A stretch of DNA of 64,000 nucleotides from Tetramitus jugosus (GCA_937625935.1 OW569348.1:558001-622000); one strand, 5' to 3'; shown: positions 43,208 to 55,919, counted from the stretch's first letter. Notes: a model not told the origin generated them from the sequence alone. Numbers and translations are program-made.

Positions 43208-46200
43208 ATGAACTCGGTGTTTTTGTGTGTCATTTTCTCTTTGTTTATTGCCTTGGCAAGTAAGTACTGACCATTCTCGCTGACTTGTGAATGATAAACT
43301 TTCGACTAACAGGATCTTCATGTCAGTTCTTTGCCAAGCAGCAACAATAAACACAATTGCTGGCACCATTGGAAGTGAGGGATATTCAGGAGATGGAGGA
43401 CCTGCCCCAAGAGCTCAATTGCACTATCCGGATGATGTTGCAGTTTCAAGTGAAGGTGAGTTGTATATTGCTGACTCAAGAAACAATCGCATTCGAAAGA
43501 TTTTGAAGAATGGAACAATAATCACATTTGCTGGGAATGGAAGTGGAGGATTCTCAGGAGATGGAGGAGCTGCCTTAGAAGCCAAGCTGCTTTATCCACG
43601 CGGAGTTGCAGTTTCAGTGGAGAATGAGGTGTACATTGCTGATACAGGCAATCACCGCATTCGAAAGATTTTCTTGAATGGAACGATCACCACAATTGCT
43701 GGGAATGGAACGAAAGGATTTTTAGGAGATGGAGGGCTTGCCACAAGCGCTCAACTATCGTCTCCAGAGAGAGTGGCAGTGTCAAGACAGGAGGTGTTTT
43801 TTCCAGACAAGGACAACAACCGCATCCGAAAGATATTGTCGAATGGAACTATCATCGCAATTGCTGGGAATGGAGATAAAGGATATTCAGGAGACGGAGG
43901 ACCGGCCACACATGCTCAACTATATTATCCCAACGGAGTAGCTGTTTCAAGTGATGGTCATGTGTATATTGCGGATTCGTACAATCACCGCATTCGAAAG
44001 ATATTGTCGAGTGGAACTATCGTCACCATCGCTGGGAATGGAAAGTACGGGTATAGAGGAGATGGAGACACTGCAATAGGAGCTCAGTTATATTTCCCCA
44101 GTGGTGTCGCTATTTCAAGTGGTGGTGAGGTATTTATTGATGATTCGTACAATCACCGCATTCGAAAGGTATTCTTGAATGGAACGATCATCACAATTGC
44201 TGGGAATGGAACGAAAGGATCTTCAGGGGATGGTGGGCGTTCCACAATGGCTCAGCTTGATCTTCCGCGTTCAATTGTGCTTTCATTGGACGGGGATTTA
44301 TACATCACTGAGAGCAATCAGCACCGTGTTCGTCTATCTACTGAGGATGCAACATGTTATGGAATAGAGTCCCCAGATCCTGGAGTTTGCTCAGGACATG
44401 GCAAATGTGTGTCATCCAATGTATGTGTATGCGATTGTGGTTATGGTGCATCAAATTGTTCAGCTGTCATGTGCTATGGTCTCCTCTCTTCTTATCCTGG
44501 GATATGTTCAGGTCATGGATACTGCATATCACCTAATAATTGCTCATGTGACAGTGGTTATGGGGCTCTTGATTGTTCTGCAGAATTGTTCACCTGTGAT
44601 GACATACTGTCCATTGATGGTAGGGTTTGTTCGGGCCATGGTTCCTGCATAGCACTCAATAATTGTTCGTGTGATAGTGGTTATGTGGGGGATAATTGTT
44701 ATATGTTCTCCTGTTTTGGTACTGATTCTCTCGATCCTGATGTCTGTTTTGGTAATGGTACATGTATATTGCCTAACACCTGTTCATGCGACAGTGGGTA
44801 TGCTGGTCCCAAATGCAATGAAACTACTTGTTTTGGAGAAGTTGTCGAATCGGATGGAGTTTGTTCAGGTCATGGAGCGTGTATATCACCCAACAATTGT
44901 TCATGTTATGTTGGTTATGACGGTAACGATTGCTCTCGTAGTATCTGTTATGGAGCATCTGGTGAGGGAGTTTGTTCAGGTACTGGTACATGTACATCAC
45001 CCAATAATTGCTCGTGCGACAGGGGTTATGGAGGTGATAATTGTTCTATTGTGATTTGTCATGATTTTCACTCCACCAATCTACTAGTTTGTTCAGGGCA
45101 TGGCAATTGTACACATCCTGATACTTGTTCATGCCACAGTGGATATACTGGTGCTAACTGTTCTGGAGTAGTATGTTATGGCAAAGTTCCGACCAATAAT
45201 GAAGTTTGTTCGGGTCATGGAAAGTGTACAGGTCCCAATGAATGCGTGTGCAACAGTGGTTATAGTCGGTTTGATTGCTCTACTTTTACAGAACACAGTA
45301 CTAAGCTTGCCAAAAGAACTGCTATTCCATTGAGTGTTTTTGCAGTGTGTTCTCTGACGACGATAATAGGCATCATTATTCTGTACATGTACAAGCAGAG
45401 ACTGAAGAGGAGAAAGAATGATGAACTACAAGCGAAATTACTGGAGTATGAATTCTCAGATATTGGAGATGATGAGAAACCACAGATGCTAAGCACAATA
45501 CAGATTCGTATGGATGAGTTGACATTCTCTTCAAAGATTAGTGAAGGAGCAGGTGGAACAGTGTACAAGGGATTGTGGTACAATAGAACTGTTGCAATCA
45601 AGAGACTGAAAGTTGGAGGAGACGAATCATTTATCAGAGAGGTTTCAGTGTTGAATCGTTTGAGACATCCTAATGTCATCGCTCTCTATGGTTACAGTAT
45701 TGATCACAGTGACAACAAGTACATTATAACGGAATTTGCTGATAATGGAAGTTTAGATGATGCTTTGTACAGCAACAAACTGAAGAAATTTGAATCGAAA
45801 ATTTCAGCATTATTAGATATTGCACAAGGAATGCATTATCTTCACAGTCGTAACCCAAAGATTTTACACATGGACATCAAGCCTCAGAACGTATTAATGC
45901 AAAAGGATAACACGTGTAAACTGTGTGACTTTGGAGTCTCGAAAATCACTGACCACTCGCTCACTGTGGGAGTCAGTTTAGGAACATTGCAGTATATGTG
46001 TCCAGAGTTGCTCTCCCAAAGTGATTATGATGAGAAATGTGATGTTTATAGTTTTGGAATCATGATGCACGAAGTTTTCACACTTGAGAAGCCATATATG
46101 TCTTCTGACACTCATTCGTTTTCATTGGGTCTCCAGATCTTGCAAGGAAAACGACCCATAATACCATCATGGGTGAAACAAGATGACTGTGACTGCAAAC

Positions 46201-46385
46201 TCGTTTCAGATTTCTTTTTCAAGAGTAATCAACTGAAACATGCGCTCTCTGACAAGGATATCAGTCAAATAGTAATCAAATTCTTCCAGTTATGTGCTGC
46301 TTGTTGGTCACAAGACCCAGCTCAAAGACCATGTTTTGAAGATGTAACTAAATTGTTGAGGGAATTACACGTATCCATTTCCTGA
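43208..46385 (+). CDS. Receptor-like TKL kinase: signal peptide, 6 NHL repeats, 8 EGF-like repeats, TM, kinase (exons 43208-43259, 43327-46385)
   Basis: Removing intron 43260-43326 (GTAAGT, branch GACTAAC, CAG) gives the signal peptide MNSVFLCVIFSLFIALAILCQA. IAGNG..GDGG NHL units, CSGHG EGF units, then VAIK, HMDIKPQN and DFG. Confidence 0.92.
43354..44330 (+). repeat. Intragenic tandem NHL repeats (~165-168 bp unit, 6 copies)
   Basis: Near-identical DNA blocks AATCACCGCATTCGAAAG..ATTGCTGGGAATGGA recur at about 168-bp spacing. Confidence 0.85.
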
Positions 46386-46542
46386 AACTTCAAATCCCCA
46401 GTTGTATTGTTCAAACAGGATTTGACAACGAGTTGAGCTATAGTGCTATTGATTACTGTGCCAGAAACAACTTTCCATTACGATGCGTGACGGTCAATAA
46501 CATTGGCTGCACGAAAAAGGATTTATTACAAGTACTTTACAA

Positions 46543-48456
46543 CTACACCTTGTCTGTGAACCAAGAACAAGGTCTTCTTGTGGCTCCCCACCATCCATTT
46601 CCATTTCGACATGTACCATCAGCGTGATTCACTCTGGCCGAGTAGTACAAGTTCGAATAGTGCTCCGAGTAGTCTCCGTTTCCCTTGTCACATGACGTCC
46701 AAGGTACAATAGCGTCATTATCCTCATCATAGCTCGTGTACATAGAGAATAATGACAGTGGCAGACTGTATGTCGTAGTGAGACCAAATGCTGAATTGCC
46801 ACAAAGTGCCCCCTTCACATACTGTTTTGCAATCTTGGATAGGCCTTTCAACTTCTCAAACGATGGATCCAATGTATCATACACTGGATAGCTGTGATTT
46901 GTTCCTGGTATACAGTATCCTGCCTTTGTGATCACCCATTTCATCAATAGTGGATTTAGATCCGATGGCCAATTACCATCGTGAATGTGGCGACAAATAT
47001 TTCGTATCGTATGAGCAGCCTTTGAACCCAAGAGTGAACCCTGTGTTTCATACCAGGACGTAGTGTTCACATCAATGGAGCATATACCATTTTGAATTGC
47101 ATCAGCCAAGATCACGTTCGCCATTGAGTGAGCAAATATAATCTTGTCACGAATGACCGTATCGCCAGGTTTCTGGTAAATCAATGCTAGTTTACAATAC
47201 GACTCCTGTAGACCCTTATCGTCCCATCCCTTTTCCTTGGTGTCCTCTCTGATGAACCATCGTTCACTGCACTGGGGCGTATATTGTTCCACGCGACCCC
47301 AGTATTCAGGATAGGAATGTACTGGTTCCCCAGCCTCCGATGCATCATTACCTGCTCCATGTAAGAATATACAGACTTTTCCTTGCTTGTTTTTGCTCAT
47401 CAGGAGGGACTTGTTGGTCTCTTCATGTGTCTGACAGGATAATTGGTCCTTGATCCATGGATAACGACACGAGTGCTCATAAGACTGGAACCAACTCGAT
47501 TCATCATCGTTATGTTGTTGAAGGGATTTCTTCTTGGGTGTTGTTGATGAAAGCGCTCTATTCATTGGTTGTCGTATGATTCTCTCCTTGCGAATATTGG
47601 CACACACGCGATCAATGGTCGACCTTGTTTGTTCCACTAGCCAACCAATGATCCTTCTCTCTGAAAACGATTCGAAATCAACAACGAACTCTCGGCCAAT
47701 CAACCGCACTGGAACAGATGAGGAAGAATGATGTCGGTCGACAATTGATTTATCATCACTGTGGTGTGGCACGAAAGACACACAGAGCACATAGGTTTGC
47801 TCCGCAAATTTCACTGTATGAACACTGAGTCCCTGTGTTATGCACTGCTTTACTTCTCTGTCAAACACTTGATTGGCTAACTTTGGATCCATGTGCCCCA
47901 TATTTCTCAATGAATCAAACACAAGCTCCAATGGTGGAATGTCATTCGGGTCTCTGATACAATGGAAATCCTGTTCTGGATACTCTCTCAATTTCAAGTA
48001 CGCTCGCTCATGTCCATTCTGTGATAGTGCTCTACCGTTGTTCATGTTCTTCATTGCCATTTCACCGTGGTACAAGTGCAATACTTTGTTCTCTTCGCTG
48101 TCCATGTCGTCATACATGTAGAATATTGCCTCAGTTTCATTGAAAAATCGGATATCATGAACATTCATGACTCCGTGCATCACCAACTTATTCCTGTTGG
48201 TTCGATCTCTAATGTTGAATGAAGTGGAGAACTGAGAAGGGAACTCTGGTCTCTGTTGTCCATTGTCTGTCGTGGTAGCAGTAGTGGTGGCAGATGATGA
48301 TGACCGTGGTGGGAGTGATCTACCATGCCGTACATGTGTCAATGTGGCTTGAACAAGTGATGACCGACTATTATTGGAGAGATGGCCATGATAAAATAGA
48401 GTGATGACGATGACTACCAGCAGACACAACAGTATGTGTTTCCTCTTATTTATCAT
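46543..48456 (-). CDS. Secreted or signal-anchored alpha/beta-hydrolase-like protein
   Basis: N-terminal hydrophobic segment, CIFLHGAG, nucleophile elbow AHSMA, NDAIV and NHAD. Cys-rich C-terminal half. Confidence 0.7.
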   Translation of the reverse strand: MINKRKHILLCLLVVIVITLFYHGHLSNNSRSSLVQATLTHVRHGRSLPPRSSSSATTTATTTDNGQQRPEFPSQFSTSFNIRDRTNRNKLVMHGVMNVHDIRFFNETEAIFYMYDDMDSEENKVLHLYHGEMAMKNMNNGRALSQNGHERAYLKLREYPEQDFHCIRDPNDIPPLELVFDSLRNMGHMDPKLANQVFDREVKQCITQGLSVHTVKFAEQTYVLCVSFVPHHSDDKSIVDRHHSSSSVPVRLIGREFVVDFESFSERRIIGWLVEQTRSTIDRVCANIRKERIIRQPMNRALSSTTPKKKSLQQHNDDESSWFQSYEHSCRYPWIKDQLSCQTHEETNKSLLMSKNKQGKVCIFLHGAGNDASEAGEPVHSYPEYWGRVEQYTPQCSERWFIREDTKEKGWDDKGLQESYCKLALIYQKPGDTVIRDKIIFAHSMANVILADAIQNGICSIDVNTTSWYETQGSLLGSKAAHTIRNICRHIHDGNWPSDLNPLLMKWVITKAGYCIPGTNHSYPVYDTLDPSFEKLKGLSKIAKQYVKGALCGNSAFGLTTTYSLPLSLFSMYTSYDEDNDAIVPWTSCDKGNGDYSEHYSNLYYSARVNHADGTCRNGNGWWGATRRPCSWFTDKV

Positions 48457-48808
48457 CTCTATTGTTTACTAGTTGAAGTATTAATTTGTATTTACAGTGT
48501 TTTCTTTGTATGTTGTTGGTACTAAGTTTTGTCGATCGTGCCATTATCATCATTTCAAATGTTTTATGAAGTGGGTATTTCGAAGTTTTCGGAAAAATTT
48601 GTTATTGTATTTTTGGCAATTGTATTTTTTTTGGCTGCCTCACCAAACTCAGATTGGTTGAACGTCACACTACAATACAGCCAACTCAACTTCTGGTTTT
48701 ATGGTTATTTACAGATGTTAGAGTCTGCAAATAACCATAAATTTGTGAAAAATGGCAAATTCCTTGCCGCTGCAAGTGTCCCACAAACAACACTGACCAC
48801 AATCTGAC

Positions 48809-50047
48809 ATGCCATCGACAATGGGACAAGAACAATCGATTCGTATTCCATCCACAAATTCCCCTCGCTCAGAAGAGCACAATCTTCCTTCAGAATCATC
48901 CTTGACTGCAAGATCCGGACAAGAACAAGAATCCATCACTCCTGCATCTGATGCATCAACAAGGGACGATGACTGGAAACATCGCTACACAATGCTCAAC
49001 TCTCAATTCTCAAAACTCCAACAAGAGAATTATCTGTTGAAGAGGAAAGTGGACGATCTTCGACTGAAAAATGAAGAACTGGAAAGAAAGTTACAACAAG
49101 CAACTCGTTCTACCACCTCCGGCTCTCCGTCACAGCAACAACAACAACAAATTCCTTTGCCCTCAAGTGTTCCATCAACTGAAACTTCACAACAAAGACC
49201 ACAACCACGACAACCACAAGAAGCTCCGGATGACGAAGAAACAATCGAAAGAAAAAGAAGACAGGAACAAGAAGATCGGGAGTATGCTCTACGTTTGCAG
49301 CGAGAAATGATGAGCAGTGATGAGGAAGACGAAGGAGGAATCGAAAGGCCACAGCTGGTCAGCAGTGACGATGACGACGACGATGATCATCCAATGCCCT
49401 ATCACAGACGGCCAATGTCCGATGATTTTCCAGACATGATCATGCATCGAATGATGCCACATGTTGCCTCTTCGCCGTCAATGATGAGAAGGAGTGACGA
49501 TGTAATGACACCTGACGAGTTTCTTCAGGAATTGTTTGTACCTCGCACCGCTCAACAACGTTATTCTCCCGCTGCTGCACGAGCAAGTCATCACCGTCGG
49601 GGGCGAGGAGGATTCTATGGTAGCATCAGCAGCAGTGGCAGTGAAGGAAGGAATAGTAGTCCGTTGCATCCCTTCTTGCGATTGATGACAGGCATGGACA
49701 TCATTCCTGGAAGTGAGCAACCAGCGTCCTACGAGGAACTCCTCAGATTGGATGAAAGAGCAGTGAGAGTGGGTGTACCCGAACAACGATTGAATCAATT
49801 CCCCACGCATACATTCCATGCTCGAACACGACCACAGACCTCCACAACATCCGATTCTGCAACAGCGACCACGAGCAGCACCGAAACTGATCAGGATGAC
49901 AAATGTCTCATTTGTTTCGAAGAGTACGAAGAAGGAGACAAGATTAGAACTATTCCGTGTATGCACAAATTCCATGCCAACTGCATTGATACATGGTTCA
50001 GGGAACATCACGACTGCCCCATTTGTAAATTTGACGTCAATGAATAA
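48809..50047 (+). CDS. RING-H2 E3 ubiquitin ligase with coiled coil and UIM-like motif
   Basis: CLICFEEY..IPCMHKFHANCIDTW..CPIC, SYEELLRL and EDREYALRLQ. A second ATG (48821) gives MGQEQS, a myristoylation-type start. Confidence 0.92.
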   Translation: MPSTMGQEQSIRIPSTNSPRSEEHNLPSESSLTARSGQEQESITPASDASTRDDDWKHRYTMLNSQFSKLQQENYLLKRKVDDLRLKNEELERKLQQATRSTTSGSPSQQQQQQIPLPSSVPSTETSQQRPQPRQPQEAPDDEETIERKRRQEQEDREYALRLQREMMSSDEEDEGGIERPQLVSSDDDDDDDHPMPYHRRPMSDDFPDMIMHRMMPHVASSPSMMRRSDDVMTPDEFLQELFVPRTAQQRYSPAAARASHHRRGRGGFYGSISSSGSEGRNSSPLHPFLRLMTGMDIIPGSEQPASYEELLRLDERAVRVGVPEQRLNQFPTHTFHARTRPQTSTTSDSATATTSSTETDQDDKCLICFEEYEEGDKIRTIPCMHKFHANCIDTWFREHHDCPICKFDVNE

Positions 50048-50117
50048 TAAGAGTAAGGGTATTTTAATAAAAATAAATTATACAAAAATGAGTGAAGGAA
50101 TGTCTTCTACACTATTC

Positions 50118-51896
50118 CTAATTCGTAGCACGCATCTCTTGCGCTATCCTTGCTTCTTCAGCATCTAGAAGGGGCATGAGCGACAATGAGGTTCCAACTA
50201 CTAATTGTGGCGTTTTTCGACTCGATTTCTTCGAATATTTCCTCCTGCGGAATCTGTTGAGGAATGGGAAAGCGAGCCTTACCATCTCCCAACTAAACGT
50301 CTGGAATGTGCAAGCAAAATCGACTAGAAGCGCCGTAATGTACAAAATCTGAAAGTTCATGGACCTGTAATAGTGTCCAAACACAGTCTCCTTGGTAATA
50401 TCAATAATCAAGAATATCAGCTGGAAGCACATGAGCAGCAACAATATCGTAACCACCATTGCAAACTTTGTCAGCTTCAAATTGAAAAAGTTCAAATGAG
50501 GTATCGTCGCCTTGATTCTTATCCACAACCGTATCGCATATATGGCTATCCCCATTGCTAACATACCGATAATCACCAATCCCGTAGGCACAAATATCTG
50601 CTCTAAACGTCTTCCATTGCTCTTCTTTAGTGAACTGATTCCGAGACTAGTGAATGGAATGGCTGAGAATGCAATAATCAGCAGATATATAACTCCTAGA
50701 ATGATCTTCAAGTGAAGCGCCATTGAATGAGTCTTCTCCTTCGAATTGGCCCTATAGATAATGTTGATCCATACAAAGAATATGGTACACAGTACCATCA
50801 ACAGGGCCAAAAAGCTCAGAATTTGAAAGAAGCCTGTTCCGACCACCATTCGATACAGATACAGCTTCTCAAACGGTATCCACAATAGGAACTCTGCTGC
50901 ACTCAACAAAAAGTGCACACAGAGAGCCACTGTGATTAGCAAGTGCGTGTCCATGAGACAGTTGAACATTCTTCGAATCCGAGCACCAATACCATTGCCG
51001 CCATTCTCTCTCGTCTTGAACAATTGCTTCACCACAATCACCAGAAATGGAAACAGAATAAACAGCACTGCAAACACAAACAATAGCAGATATGTGATGG
51101 TCATTCCCATTGGAAAGATATCATAGATCAATGGCTTTGTAAAAAAGGAGAAAAAGTCACACTTGTATGCCATGAATGCCGTTTTGGACGATATCTGACA
51201 ATGACACATGAGTGGTATTGAAAAATTCTTGATTGCCATCAATCGCGGAGTAAACAATGGATATCCGTCCTTGAGAGACTTTGAACAATGACCAAATGGA
51301 TAATAGTAATCGGGGCATGATCCCTTGGTCACCTTCTCATGAAATGACTCAAAATCTTCTCTCTCACAATAACGACAATAGTTCATCAGAGTCGTGTACT
51401 CACTCAATCGAACATAGGTTTGAACATCCATCGGATAGGATGATACCTTGGGCATGGGCACATACCGTTCACCACAAAAGAAATCCTCGCATGACTTGAA
51501 TCGTGATGCATTATAGTATTGAAATGTGCTGAATTGATCTGTCAGCTCTGGAACTGCACAAAGATCCATCTCATCCGTATCATAGAACGTATTGAACACT
51601 GCATATGAGTTCTTGTTGAACACTCTCATGGGTATGAGTGAATAATCTGGTACAATGAACAATGACTCACAAGAGTTGATGCGATATGCGGGGTAATACT
51701 TGCAATTGCTCCAACCAAATTTGGCATGAACAAAAAAAGAGGATGATGATGAGTGTGCAATGTTGATGATGGTATGTGGATCATGATGATGGTGATGATG
51801 ATGTAAAAAATAGTAGTGAGGCTGTATCTCGAGAATCAAAAGCCAAATCAGCACCGACAAGTAGAGAATACGCGTATGCGCATGAAATGTCATCAT
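50118..51896 (-). CDS. Multi-pass (~7 TM) membrane protein with Cys-rich N-terminal ectodomain
   Basis: N-terminal hydrophobic stretch, a Cys/Tyr-rich region, about seven hydrophobic helices and a basic tail. Confidence 0.72.
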   Translation of the reverse strand: MMTFHAHTRILYLSVLIWLLILEIQPHYYFLHHHHHHHDPHTIINIAHSSSSSFFVHAKFGWSNCKYYPAYRINSCESLFIVPDYSLIPMRVFNKNSYAVFNTFYDTDEMDLCAVPELTDQFSTFQYYNASRFKSCEDFFCGERYVPMPKVSSYPMDVQTYVRLSEYTTLMNYCRYCEREDFESFHEKVTKGSCPDYYYPFGHCSKSLKDGYPLFTPRLMAIKNFSIPLMCHCQISSKTAFMAYKCDFFSFFTKPLIYDIFPMGMTITYLLLFVFAVLFILFPFLVIVVKQLFKTRENGGNGIGARIRRMFNCLMDTHLLITVALCVHFLLSAAEFLLWIPFEKLYLYRMVVGTGFFQILSFLALLMVLCTIFFVWINIIYRANSKEKTHSMALHLKIILGVIYLLIIAFSAIPFTSLGISSLKKSNGRRLEQIFVPTGLVIIGMLAMGIAIYAIRLWIRIKATIPHLNFFNLKLTKFAMVVTILLLLMCFQLIFLIIDITKETVFGHYYRSMNFQILYITALLVDFACTFQTFSWEMVRLAFPFLNRFRRRKYSKKSSRKTPQLVVGTSLSLMPLLDAEEARIAQEMRATN

Positions 51897-52508
51897 ATGT
51901 AAATGTATCTATCACACACACACTGTTCAGTATAGTAGTAAAAATATTTTGAATATCAACAGTGTATGATGATGGTGATGATGGATGTCAAGAGCTGTTG
52001 TTCTCTCTGTACGTGAACAAAATACGATGAAAGATTTTTTTTGTTTTTTGATAGGAGAAGAGAACGGAGTAAATTTTTTTTTCGCTCCATACCATATCGA
52101 TTGGGTATGCAACAGTGTGAGAGATTGTCGGAACTATTAATCCAAAACTCAACATCTTTGACGCTCAACACAAACTGAACTGTCTTAACCCTTGTTACGT
52201 TGTTTTCTTCCCAGAGGTGTATTGATTATCTCACTCGAAGAATGATACTTGAGGCTATCAACGTGTGTAACTACACTCAGCGAATAAGGCATGTTTCCAT
52301 TTTTCTCTCTGCCTTGTTCCGGGCAATTGTCCGGCATTACGATCGGACTTCTACAGTTACAGTTCAAAATCGCCGTTTTCCTTAACTGTTCACTTGTTTG
52401 TTGCGACCAGTCGCAAAACCAACTAGCAACCACTTTGGTGCACATCACTCGAGCATAAACGCTCTTTCCACTCGTCTATAGTTTTCTTATTCGATAAAAT
52501 AGCACAGC

Positions 52509-54019
52509 ATGGATGGATCACAGTCTTGGGTGAACCCTCAACAAGTTCAACTCCTGCCCTCTCAACAATCGTCCAGTCAATTGCAGAGATATATTCTGAG
52601 TCCTCAAAACTTTGGTATTCAAGATTGCTTGAATAGTTGCGAAGCTGGTGATATTATTATCCTCACAAACAAGCTCAAAGTTGGTCTGATGCACGTAAAG
52701 AGCAACAAGAAACACTCGAACGACGTGTACATGGAGATGTTTATCTCTGGATTGAGGAAAGATCGTCGATTCTCAGATGCGACCGTGTTGAAGCAAGGGA
52801 GGAGCAAAGTATTCAATCAACACTTCCAGATGGAAATGATGAACTATCAGAAATCACTATTGGTTGCTCATATGTGGGAGAGAAACAAGGGAGGAGATAT
52901 TCTCGTGGCTGTGTGTGCAATTAACATCGGTAGGACAGACCTTCCAATCGATTCACCATCTACGGTCCAAGCGCCACTATATGCGATTCATAACGAAGAA
53001 GCAGACGTACAAAAACAAATCGGAGTCGCTACTTTCCGACTAACTGCGCTTAACTTTTCGAACAACTTGAAGACCAAGTCGAGTCATCAACATTTTGGAA
53101 GCGAAGGGTTTGTCAGCACTACCACCAACAAGTACAATGTGAGAAGCTCTCTATCGCTTCTGACAACCATTATTACACAAGCTGATGATCTGCGGTTCGA
53201 TCGTGTATTTGGATTCATGTTTGCCGAAGATTATCTGGCTCATGCTAAAACAGGAGACTGTTTTCTCCATTCTGGAAACACAACTGCATCGAGTGTAATT
53301 CAAATTGCCACAGAGAGTATCTGGTCTCGTAAGTACAATCAATCCATACTGTGTCTAACTCTCTCTCCAATATGATTATTAACAATATGTCGGTTGTTTC
53401 AATCATAGATGTTGGGATGATACTGGTAGATCCTCCAGATCGAGTAAGAACTCTTTACAAGCTCGATAGTAGCAAGCGTGTATTTGTATTGGACTCCGAT
53501 TTAGCAACTGTGGATGAACGAACTGACGGTGGAGTCCAGATTGTGGATATTACCACATTTGTGTATAAGTACTTTAAGGATTGGGAGCCGAATAATTTGA
53601 GTGCTATCCGGCAATTGAACTTCATCAACCAAAAAGCAAAGATTACAGTGTCAGAGTACCCCGGTCTTGAACGCTGGTTAATTCAAATATATAATGCAAA
53701 ATACCAGCAGAGATTTCTTGAAATGGTAGCTGCTGTGCAGAGACTCAACACTCAGAGCACAGAGCAATCTCTATTCTGTTCGGAATTGTTGGGATTCAAT
53801 TATCGGACGATGGGTATCCTACCACACGATTATGTCGTCAGCAATCTAATGCCTGCAGACTTTGGACCAGACAGAGCCACTCTCAACAAATTCTTCCAGC
53901 AAAGTAGTTTAGTGCTGGGTCCTCCGGTGAGAATAAGATCCAAGGCATTTGATGCGGAGACCAAGCGCCTTGGTCGAGTGGTTGACAATCCAAGCTCCAA
54001 TTGCTGCTCTGTTCAATGA
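52509..54019 (+). CDS. C2 domain + permuted papain-like (YiiX/YebB-type NlpC/P60) protein (exons 52509-53328, 53409-54019)
   Basis: NDVYMEM..KVFNQHF..HMWERN..DILV is C2-like. KTGDCFLHSG..WS|HVGMI..LFCSELL has His-before-Cys order. Intron 53329-53408 is GTAAGT..TAG. Confidence 0.78.
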
Positions 54020-54072
54020 ATAAGTGACAATTAGTTTATAAATTTCAAATTTATTACACAATTCTAGCTGCT

Positions 54073-55919
54073 TTAATAGGATGCATCACCCTTGTCAATA
54101 ACATCATCAATCTTCAAAATTAGCTTGACAACTTGAGTGGCCAATCTGATTTGTTGTTGCTTTCCAATCAAAGTCTCATAGACACCTTGTTCCTTCATGT
54201 CGGATGTACCCTTACCAACACAATCAATACCCAATCTTGGGTTCTTCGACTTGACTTGTTCAGCCTTGACCTTTGCCAAGTGTTGAATGGCAGAGAGACC
54301 AGAGTTCTCAGCAAGAGCAATTGGGACACCATCGAGTGCATCAGCAAATGCCTTCAAAGCATACTGTTCAACAGATCCGAGCTTGTCAGCTTCTTCAGCA
54401 ATCTTGATGGAGCAAGCCATTTCAGCAGAGCCACCACCATAGACAATTCTATTGTCACGGACCAAGTTTCTCACGACACACAAGGCATCATGAATAGATC
54501 TCTTTGCTTCTTCAATGATCATCTTGTTACCACCTCTCAAGAAAATGGTGACAGCATTTGTGTTTGCACAATTTTCAATGTAAATCATCCGGTCTCTGGT
54601 AGTACCAAACACAACTTCTCTCACAGTACCAGCTGATCCGAGCTTATCAGAAGACAATTCTTCAAATCTAGGAACAATTCTACCACCAGTGGCAATAGCA
54701 ATCAATTCAATTTCGACACCACCGACCCAACGAACAGCAGGCAAATTGTTGTGCAAAAGCAAGTGATTTGCCTCATCGTCAAAGCCCCATTGGCAAATGA
54801 CAAGATTGGCACCAGAATCCTTCACCTTTTGTACCATATTTACAAAATATTCTTGTTCCTTCTTGTACATGGCTTCATATTGTGCAGCATCCTTAATTTC
54901 AATAGTGTTCTTGTTCTTTGGCTTTGGAGGCTCAAATGGACAAGTCAAAATGGCAATCTTGGCGTCCTTGATCTCCTTTGGCATTTGAGAGTGACTCATC
55001 TCCTTGTCAACAATGACACCGTTGACCAAGATGGAGTCTTCCAACTTTCCACCAGTCTTACCCTCCAATTTGATCAAATCCATGTTCACGTCCTTTCTGT
55101 CCAAGTCAGCAACATCCAAAACAGCCTTGACACACATCTCTGCAAACTTGTCCTTGAACTTGTTGACAATCTTTGAGGTCAGTGTAGTAGCAGCTGTTCT
55201 CAACAATGGATCATAATTCTCTCTGGTAAATTCCAGCTTGTCACTGATTCTCTCCAATTCAACAACCGCAATATCAGAAGCCTTTTCATAGCCTTGAGAG
55301 ATGGTCATTGGGTGAATACCCTTGTCCAACAGTGCCATTGCCTGTTCGAGCAATGATCCTGCTAAAACTACAACACCAGTGGTACCATCACCAATCTCAT
55401 CGTCTTGTGACTTTGACAATTCGACCAACAATTTACCAATATGATGCTTGACATCCATCTTTTGTAGAATGGTGGCACCGTCATTGGTGACTGTGACTTC
55501 ACCATCAGAGTCAACAAGCATCTTGTCCATACCTCTTGGTCCTAGAGAAGTTCTTAACACTTTTGATACAGATACAGCAGCGAGAATGTTGCTCTGTGAA
55601 TTTTCATTTTTGTGCATTGATGATCATGTACATTGAGGTAAGAAAATCATTAGATTCCAAAAAAAAGAGAGTTTAGTTTTCATGTGTTGTGTGGTGTGTT
55701 TTGTGCATTTTGTTTGATGAATGACATGAGTGTGCTCAATGTGTGAAAGCTATTCTTCATGATCCTTATCATCATGTCATTGTCATCATCATCACTGTCA
55801 AATAAAATGTAGTGTTTGTTAGGTACCTTTTGAGCTTGAAGACCCTTTACACGCTTTTTGCTGTCTTGTTCGCTAATGATAATAAATGGTCTTCCATATT
55901 CGTCGTATACAAGGGACAT
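54073..55919 (-). CDS. CCT5: T-complex protein 1 subunit epsilon (exons 55919-55827, 55593-54073)
   Basis: [37 protein letters not shown] and [13 protein letters not shown]. Confidence 0.97.

Noticed and set aside
43354-45280. Regularly spaced repeats as a CRISPR-like array
   Set aside because: They are in-frame NHL and EGF protein repeats within one eukaryotic ORF.
55594-55826. Intronic box C/D snoRNA in CCT5 (TGATGA motifs, 9-bp inverted repeat)
   Set aside because: TGATGA comes from a GAT microsatellite and there is no properly placed CTGA box D.
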